Assembly: GCA_963750335.1 (NCBI GenBank)
Contig: CAVVQD010000001.1
Location: forward strand, 296,237-336,236
DNA: 40,000 bases
Direction of reading: 5' to 3'
From: an uncultured Actinomycetota bacterium
Lineage (GTDB): Bacteria; Actinomycetota; Actinomycetes; Actinomycetales; JBBAYJ01
This document shows, in pieces, positions 34,837 through 40,000 of this stretch (position 1 is its first letter; each line of letters begins with the position of its first letter). The notes beneath the pieces are model-generated. The model made no database searches. It was not told the origin of the DNA and saw only the letters and a list, made by a program, of their open reading frames with translations. The translations under genes and the position numbers were made by a program.

Positions 34837-36816
34837 TCAGCCGCGGACGACCCGCTCGATGGCCGGGACGACCGTCTCGTCCTGCAGGGACGTGGTGTCG
34901 CCCAGCGGCCGGCCGTCGAGCACGTCGCCGAGCAGGCGCCGCATGATCTTGCCCGAGCGGGTCTTGGGCAGGTCGGGCACGAGGACGACGTGGGCCGGCC
35001 TGGCCACCGGACCGATGGCGCGCGCCACGTGCGACACGAGCTCGGCGCGCAGCTCGTCGGCGAGCGCACGCCAGGCGGCGGGGCTGTCGTCGGCCGGGCG
35101 GGTCACGGGCACGACGAACACCGCGACGGACTGACCGGTGAGCGCGTCGGCCACCCCGACCGCCCCGGCCTCGGCGACGAGCGGGTGCTCGACCAGCGCC
35201 GACTCGATCTCGATGGTGGACAGCCGGTGCCCCGACACGTTGACGACCTCGTCGACGCGACCCTGGAGCCGGACGTAGCCGTCGGCGTCCATGACGGCCC
35301 CGTCGCCGGCGAGGAACAGCCCGCGCGCGGCGAACCGGGCGAAGTACGTGTCGCGGTAGCGCTCGTGGTCGCCCCACACCGTGCGGGCCATGGCCGGCCA
35401 GCGGCCGCCCACGGTGATGAGGCCGCTGGTCCCGGGCGGCACGTCGGCGCCGTGCTCGTCGACGACGTGCACGGACTGCCCGGGCAGCGCGACCCCGGCC
35501 GCACCCGGCACGCCGACGTGGACGCCGGGCAGCGTGGACACCACCGCGGCGCCGGACTCCGACTGCCACCACGTGTCCACCAGCGGCGCCCGGCCGCCGC
35601 CGACGTGGCGGTGCATCCACACGTACGCCTCGGGGTTGAGCGCCTCGCCGACGCTGCCGAGCAGCCGGACGGTGGACAGGTCGTGGCGCTCGGGGAAGCC
35701 GTCGGGGAAGCGCGCCATGAACGAGCGGATCAGCGTCGGCGCCGTGTAGTAGACGGTGACCCCGAGCCGGTCGATCACCTCGGCGTGCCGCTCGGCGGTC
35801 GGGTGGTCCGGCGAGCCCTCGGCGACGACGACGGTGACCCCGTTGCTCAGCGGGCCGTACAGGACGTACGTGTGCGCCGTGACCCAGGCGAGGTCGGCGG
35901 TGCACCAGTACACGTCGTCGGGCTCGGCGTCGAAGACGGCGTGGTGGGTCCAGCTCGCCTGCACGAGGTAGCCGCCGGTGGTGTGGACCACGCCCTTGGG
36001 ACGTCCGGTCGTGCCCGAGGTGTACGTGATGAACAGCGGGTGCTCGGCGTCGCGGGGGGTGGCCTCGTGGCTGGTCGGGGCGCTGTCGACGGCGTCGTGC
36101 CACCACACGTCGCGGCCCTCGGTCCACGGCACGTCGGGCGTCTCGTCGCCGGTGCGGCGGACCACGAGGACGTGGGCGACGTGGTCGAGCCCGGCGACGG
36201 CCTCGTCGACGGTGTGCTTGACCGCGACCGCCGTCCCGCGGCGGAACTGCCCGTCGGTGGTGACGACGAGGACGGCGCCGGTGTCCTCGACCCGGAACCG
36301 CAGCGCCTCGGCCGAGAAGCCGCCGAAGACCAGCGAGTGCACCGCCCCGACCCGGGCGCAGGCGAGCGCGACGACGACGGTCTCCACGAGGACGGGCAGG
36401 TAGACGACGACCCGGTCCCCGGGGCGGACGCCGAGCGCCTCGAGGGCGTGCGCCGCCTGGGCGACGCGCCGCTGCAGCTCGGCGTACGTGACGCGCTCGG
36501 TGTCCCCGCGCTCGCCCTCGAACAGCAGGGCGGGGTGCTCGCCGCGGCCCGCGTCGACGTGCTGGTCGACGCAGACCACGCTCGCGTCGATCCGGCCGCC
36601 GGCGAACCAGGTCGCGCGCGGGGTGGTCGGGTCGTCGTCGTCCGGCGGGGTCCAGGTGTGGACGTCGGTCCACGGCGCGGCCCACGGCAGGCGGTGGGCC
36701 TGGGCCTCCCAGAACTCGACCGGGTCGGCCGGGAGGCCGGCGAGGACCTCGGGGGTGACGTTGGCGCGGGCGGCGAACCCGGGGGGCGGCGGGTAGCGGC
36801 GGGTGTCGTGGACCAT
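34837..36816 (-). CDS. acs: Acetyl-CoA synthetase (AMP-forming)
   Basis: ATG at 36816 within ORF 34837..37458. 'FITYTSGTTGRPKGVVHTTGGYLV', 'DTWWQSESG', 'GDGAVMDADGYVRLQGRVDEVVNVSGHRL' and 'LPKTRSGKIMRRLL' are present. The frame is intact over 1980 nt. Confidence 0.9.
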   Translation of the reverse strand: MVHDTRRYPPPPGFAARANVTPEVLAGLPADPVEFWEAQAHRLPWAAPWTDVHTWTPPDDDDPTTPRATWFAGGRIDASVVCVDQHVDAGRGEHPALLFEGERGDTERVTYAELQRRVAQAAHALEALGVRPGDRVVVYLPVLVETVVVALACARVGAVHSLVFGGFSAEALRFRVEDTGAVLVVTTDGQFRRGTAVAVKHTVDEAVAGLDHVAHVLVVRRTGDETPDVPWTEGRDVWWHDAVDSAPTSHEATPRDAEHPLFITYTSGTTGRPKGVVHTTGGYLVQASWTHHAVFDAEPDDVYWCTADLAWVTAHTYVLYGPLSNGVTVVVAEGSPDHPTAERHAEVIDRLGVTVYYTAPTLIRSFMARFPDGFPERHDLSTVRLLGSVGEALNPEAYVWMHRHVGGGRAPLVDTWWQSESGAAVVSTLPGVHVGVPGAAGVALPGQSVHVVDEHGADVPPGTSGLITVGGRWPAMARTVWGDHERYRDTYFARFAARGLFLAGDGAVMDADGYVRLQGRVDEVVNVSGHRLSTIEIESALVEHPLVAEAGAVGVADALTGQSVAVFVVPVTRPADDSPAAWRALADELRAELVSHVARAIGPVARPAHVVLVPDLPKTRSGKIMRRLLGDVLDGRPLGDTTSLQDETVVPAIERVVRG

Positions 36817-36902
36817 CGTGGTCGAGCCTAGGGCGGGCGCGCCGCTCCGCGGCAGGCACGGTCCGTGGCCGCCCGGGGCTCGACGACCATGCCGGCGAGG
36901 TC

Positions 36903-37640
36903 TCAGCGGCGTCCGGCACCCGGCGCGACCAGCCGCACCCCGAGCCAGGCGAGCACGGCCGCGACGACGAGGAAGCCGGCGAGCGCCACGACGAAGCCCA
37001 GGCCGCCGCCGACGAAGGCGACGACCGAGGCGACGCCCCCGAGCACGGCGACGGGCCACGAGAGCAGGCGGGCCCGCGCCAGGCCGGCGAGGAACAGCGG
37101 GACGCCGACGTGGAAGCACAGCAGGGCGAGGCCGGCGGTGACGGCGGTGCCCACCCCCTCGTCCGCGCGCGTGTACGCCTCGACGAGCCCCGCCGGGACC
37201 GGGAGGGTGCCGCCGACCATGTCGACGCTGTGGGCGTGCATGCCGCCGAAGCCGAACAGCCCGACCAGCCCGGCGCCGAGCACGGTGGTCCCGACGGTGG
37301 TGAGGCCGCGCCCTCTCCCCGGGCCCGCGGCGGCACGGGTGCGCCAGGCGACGACCCCCGGCAGCAGGAGCAGACCCGTCGCCATGATGAGCAGCGACCA
37401 CAGGAGCCACCGCCCGGGGTGCTCGCCGACGGAGACGAGCATCGCCTCGGCGGTCCACTCCCCGCCGACCTGGACGTGGACCGACTCGGCGAGGGCGAGG
37501 CAGGCGGCCCCGGCGACCATGGCCGCGCCGGCGAGCGGGGCGGCGGCGCGTGCCGCGGCCCCGACCGGCTCGTCGACGCGGGAGGCGTCCGTGCGCGGTG
37601 CGGGGAGCGCGGTGCTGCGGGTGGTGCGGTCCGTGCTCAT
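36903..37640 (-). CDS. Hypothetical integral membrane protein
   Basis: 245-aa ORF with about six hydrophobic helices. No recognisable catalytic motif. Confidence 0.5.
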   Translation of the reverse strand: MSTDRTTRSTALPAPRTDASRVDEPVGAAARAAAPLAGAAMVAGAACLALAESVHVQVGGEWTAEAMLVSVGEHPGRWLLWSLLIMATGLLLLPGVVAWRTRAAAGPGRGRGLTTVGTTVLGAGLVGLFGFGGMHAHSVDMVGGTLPVPAGLVEAYTRADEGVGTAVTAGLALLCFHVGVPLFLAGLARARLLSWPVAVLGGVASVVAFVGGGLGFVVALAGFLVVAAVLAWLGVRLVAPGAGRR

Positions 37641-37816
37641 GGCGTCCTCCGGGTGCTGGTGCGGTGTGACCGGGACCGGTCGGGTCGGACGCTAGGCAGC
37701 ACGGCCGGCCGCGTCGTCAGCACCGTGGGGGAGGACGGCCCGTCCGCCGGCGGACCGCGGCCGGTGGTCTCCCCCGGACGGGGTCCGCCCTGCGGGGGAC
37801 GCCGGGCCGGGCCGGG

Positions 37817-38989
37817 GTGCCTAGCCTGTGGGGGGTGAGGCCGGTCTGGGTCCCCGTGGCGCGCGACGTCTGGGTCGCGGCGGCCGTCAGCGCGGTGGCG
37901 CTGCTCGAGCTGCTGCTCGGTCCGGCGCGGGCCTCGGCGTCCCCGCCCGCCGTCGGGCTCTCGCTCGTGGTCACCGCGGCGCTGGCCTGGCGCACCCGGG
38001 CGCCGGTGGTCTCCGGCGTGGTGCAGGCCGGGGCGTTCGCGCTGGTCCCGCTGGTCGCGACGCCGGCGGACGTGCTGGTCGTGGGGCTGGTCGCGCTGTT
38101 CGTCGCCCCCTTCACCGTCGCCTCCCGCGCCGGCGGCCGGCGCCCCGCCGTGGCGGCCGGGCTGCTCGTCGTCGTGCTCCTGGCCCTGCAGGGTGCCTGG
38201 GACGACCGCTACGGCACCGTCGGCGCGGTGCTCGCGAACGTGGTGTTCGGGACGCTGGCCTGGGCGGCGGGGACGGGCGTGCGCGGCATCGACGAGCGGT
38301 CGCGGCAGCGGGTGGCGCGCGCCCAGGCCGAGGCGGAGGACGCCGTGCGAGCCCTGCGGACCGAGATGGCGCGCGACCTCCACGACGTGGTCGCCCACGC
38401 GCTGTCGGTCGTCGCGGTGCAGGCCGGCGGGGCCCGCGCGGTGCTCGACGACGACCCCGCGCTGGCCGGCCGGGCGCTGGAGGACATCCAGGACGTGTCC
38501 CGGCGGGCGCTGGTCGACATGCGCCACCTGCTGGGCCTGCTGCGCGACGGCGGGCCCGCGGAGGAGGTCGTGCGCCGGCCCGGCCTGGACGACCTCGAGG
38601 CCCTCGTCGAGCCGCTGCGCCGGGCAGGCACCCGGGTGGAGCTGCGCCGCGAGGGCGAGCCGGTGCCGCTGTCGCCCGGCACGGCCACCACCGCGGTCCG
38701 GGTGGTGCAGGAGGCGCTGACCAACGTGCTCCGGCACGCGGGGGCGACGTCGGCGTGCGTGGCGCTGCGGTGGGCCCCCGGAGGTCTCGAGCTGTCGGTC
38801 GTGGACGACGGGACGGTCGGTGGGCAGCGGCCGGGCGGCGGCGGCCACGGGCTGGTCGGCATGCGGGAGCGCGTCGACCTGCTGGGCGGCAGCCTGAGCA
38901 CGGGACCCCGTCCGGGAGGCGGGTGGGCGGTGACGGCGTGGTTGCCGCTCGCCGGCTCGCCTGCCGCCCGGGGCCGGACGCCGGCATGA
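37817..38989 (+). CDS. Sensor histidine kinase (HisKA_3 / NarL-partner type)
   Basis: N-terminal TM helices, H-box 'EMARDLHDVVAHALSVVAVQAGG', N-box 'QEALTNVLRHAG' and G-box 'GGGGHGLVGMRERV'. The start could be the GTG at 37817 or at 37835. Confidence 0.85.
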   Translation: MPSLWGVRPVWVPVARDVWVAAAVSAVALLELLLGPARASASPPAVGLSLVVTAALAWRTRAPVVSGVVQAGAFALVPLVATPADVLVVGLVALFVAPFTVASRAGGRRPAVAAGLLVVVLLALQGAWDDRYGTVGAVLANVVFGTLAWAAGTGVRGIDERSRQRVARAQAEAEDAVRALRTEMARDLHDVVAHALSVVAVQAGGARAVLDDDPALAGRALEDIQDVSRRALVDMRHLLGLLRDGGPAEEVVRRPGLDDLEALVEPLRRAGTRVELRREGEPVPLSPGTATTAVRVVQEALTNVLRHAGATSACVALRWAPGGLELSVVDDGTVGGQRPGGGGHGLVGMRERVDLLGGSLSTGPRPGGGWAVTAWLPLAGSPAARGRTPA

Positions 38990-39693
38990 GCGACGGCACG
39001 GGCACCGAGGGGGCGACCGGGGAGGGCCTGGTCCGGGTCGTCCTCGTCGACGACGAACGGCTCATCCGCGCGGGGCTGCGGATGCTCCTGTCGACGAGCG
39101 CGGACGTCGCGGTCGTCGGCGAGGCGGCGGACGGCGTCGAGGCCGTCGAGGTGTGCCGGCGGCTGCGGCCCGACGTCGTGCTCATGGACGTCCGGATGCC
39201 GCGGCTGGACGGGATCGAGGCCACCCGCCGGCTGCTGGCCGGTCCCCACCGCCCCGCCGTCCTCGTGCTCACGACGTTCGGGCTGGACGAGCACGTCCGC
39301 GCGGCCCTCCTGGCCGGGGCCGCGGGGTTCCTGCTCAAGGACGCCCCGGAGGAGAGGATCGTCGCCGCCATCCGGTCCGCGCGGACAGGGGTGTCGCTCC
39401 TCGACCCGGCCGTCACCCTGCAGCTGCTGGCGGGTCCTCCGGCGCCGAGCCTGCGGCCCCACCCGGCGGTGGCGTCGGCCGTCGCGTCCCTCACGGAGCG
39501 GGAGACCGAGGTGCTCCGGCAGCTCGCGACCGGGGCCAGCAACGACGACATCGCCCGGGCCCTGCGGATCGGCCCGGCCACCGTCAAGACCCACGTCTCG
39601 CGCGTCATGGCCAAGCTCGGCGTCGTCACCCGGACCCAGGCGGTCGCGCGGGCCTACGAGAGCGGCGTCGTCGTGCCGGGCTCCGGCCGCTGA
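38986..39693 (+). CDS. Response regulator, NarL/LuxR family
   Basis: 'VRVVLVDDERLIRAGLRMLL...DVVLMDVRMPRLDG' is the REC domain. 'LTERETEVLRQLATGASNDDIARALRIGPATVKTHVSRVMAKLG' is the LuxR HTH. An ATGA overlap links it to the kinase gene. Confidence 0.9.
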   Translation: MSDGTGTEGATGEGLVRVVLVDDERLIRAGLRMLLSTSADVAVVGEAADGVEAVEVCRRLRPDVVLMDVRMPRLDGIEATRRLLAGPHRPAVLVLTTFGLDEHVRAALLAGAAGFLLKDAPEERIVAAIRSARTGVSLLDPAVTLQLLAGPPAPSLRPHPAVASAVASLTERETEVLRQLATGASNDDIARALRIGPATVKTHVSRVMAKLGVVTRTQAVARAYESGVVVPGSGR

Positions 39694-39785
39694 CTCAGGT
39701 CGGCGGCCCAGGAGCCGATCCTCCTCCCGTCGACGGCTCCCGCCGTGCCGGGCCCGCCCGTCGTCGACCCGTGAGGAGGACCGAC

Positions 39786-40000
39786 GTGCCGCAGACGCCC
39801 GACGCGCACCAGCTCGTCCTCCACGACGACGAGGCCCCGCTGGCCGTCGCCGTCTGCAGCTTCCTGGCCGCACCGCTCCTGCGCGGCGAGGCGGTCGTCG
39901 TGGTCGCGACGCCGGCGCACCGGCAGCGCTTCGCCGAGGCGCTGGCCGCGGGCGGCGCCGACCTCGTCGCGGCCCGGGCCGCCGGCCGGTACGTCGAGCT
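39786..40000 (+). CDS. MEDS-domain-like protein, N-terminal part (3' end lies outside the window)
   Basis: GTG at 39786 preceded by 'GAGGAGGA'. 'HQLVLHDDEAPLAVAVCSFLAAPLLRGEAVVVVATPAHRQRFAEALAAGGADL' resembles MEDS-domain N-termini. The gene is truncated by the window edge. Confidence 0.5.
   Translation, partial: MPQTPDAHQLVLHDDEAPLAVAVCSFLAAPLLRGEAVVVVATPAHRQRFAEALAAGGADLVAARAAGRYVE

Noticed and set aside
37817-40000. Two-component system plus MEDS-domain gene as a novel signalling system.
   Set aside because: It is a standard HisKA_3 kinase / NarL-type regulator pair with the usual ATGA coupling. The MEDS-like gene is cut by the window edge, so nothing unusual can be supported.

Overview
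Very GC-rich (by eye well above 70% GC), actinobacterial-type chromosomal window, densely coding on both strands. All calls come from reading the supplied ORF translations and the DNA by eye. No homology search was run.

Gene order, left to right:
- tail of a sugar ABC transporter (ATPase plus two permeases), then DhaK/DhaL kinase
- a HIBADH-like dehydrogenase and a tricorn-protease homologue
- a YdeI-like protein, a membrane-anchored PemK/MazF-like protein, a DUF4190/DUF4352 membrane protein, a DUF4262 protein and a class-V aminotransferase
- an accessory-looking segment (~13.5-20.1 kb): a 5'-truncated hydrolase remnant, a lipoprotein, a DCTPP1/MazG-like dNTP pyrophosphatase, a DUF2075 protein (PD-(D/E)xK nuclease motif plus P-loop) and a SauUSI-like PLD-nuclease/SF2-helicase/DUF3427 gene (type IV restriction architecture)
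- an ABM monooxygenase, an FAD-linked oxidase, a wHTH-MNT/HEPN toxin-antitoxin pair and an XPB-associated-type Helicase_C_3 protein
- ThuA, a Gfo/Idh/MocA oxidoreductase, an EVE-like protein, a HAD hydrolase, a secreted beta-helix protein, a dienelactone hydrolase, an amidohydrolase and an epimerase
- two small lipoproteins flanking a MarR/DUF2306 pair
- acetyl-CoA synthetase, a membrane protein, a NarL-type two-component system and the start of a MEDS-domain gene

I recognised no rRNA, tRNA, CRISPR array, transposase or integrase.

Two things stand out:
1. The MazG-like / DUF2075 / SauUSI-like cluster is a candidate composite defence locus aimed at modified (cytosine) DNA.
2. About 14 genes can only be read as full-length proteins by hopping between reading frames. 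I count roughly 35 single-nucleotide-type frame changes by eye. These fall in three blocks (~4.2-8.5 kb, ~11.9-20.1 kb, ~23.0-32.3 kb), while the intervening blocks are completely clean. From sequence alone I cannot tell whether this is assembly or polishing error or real pseudogenisation.
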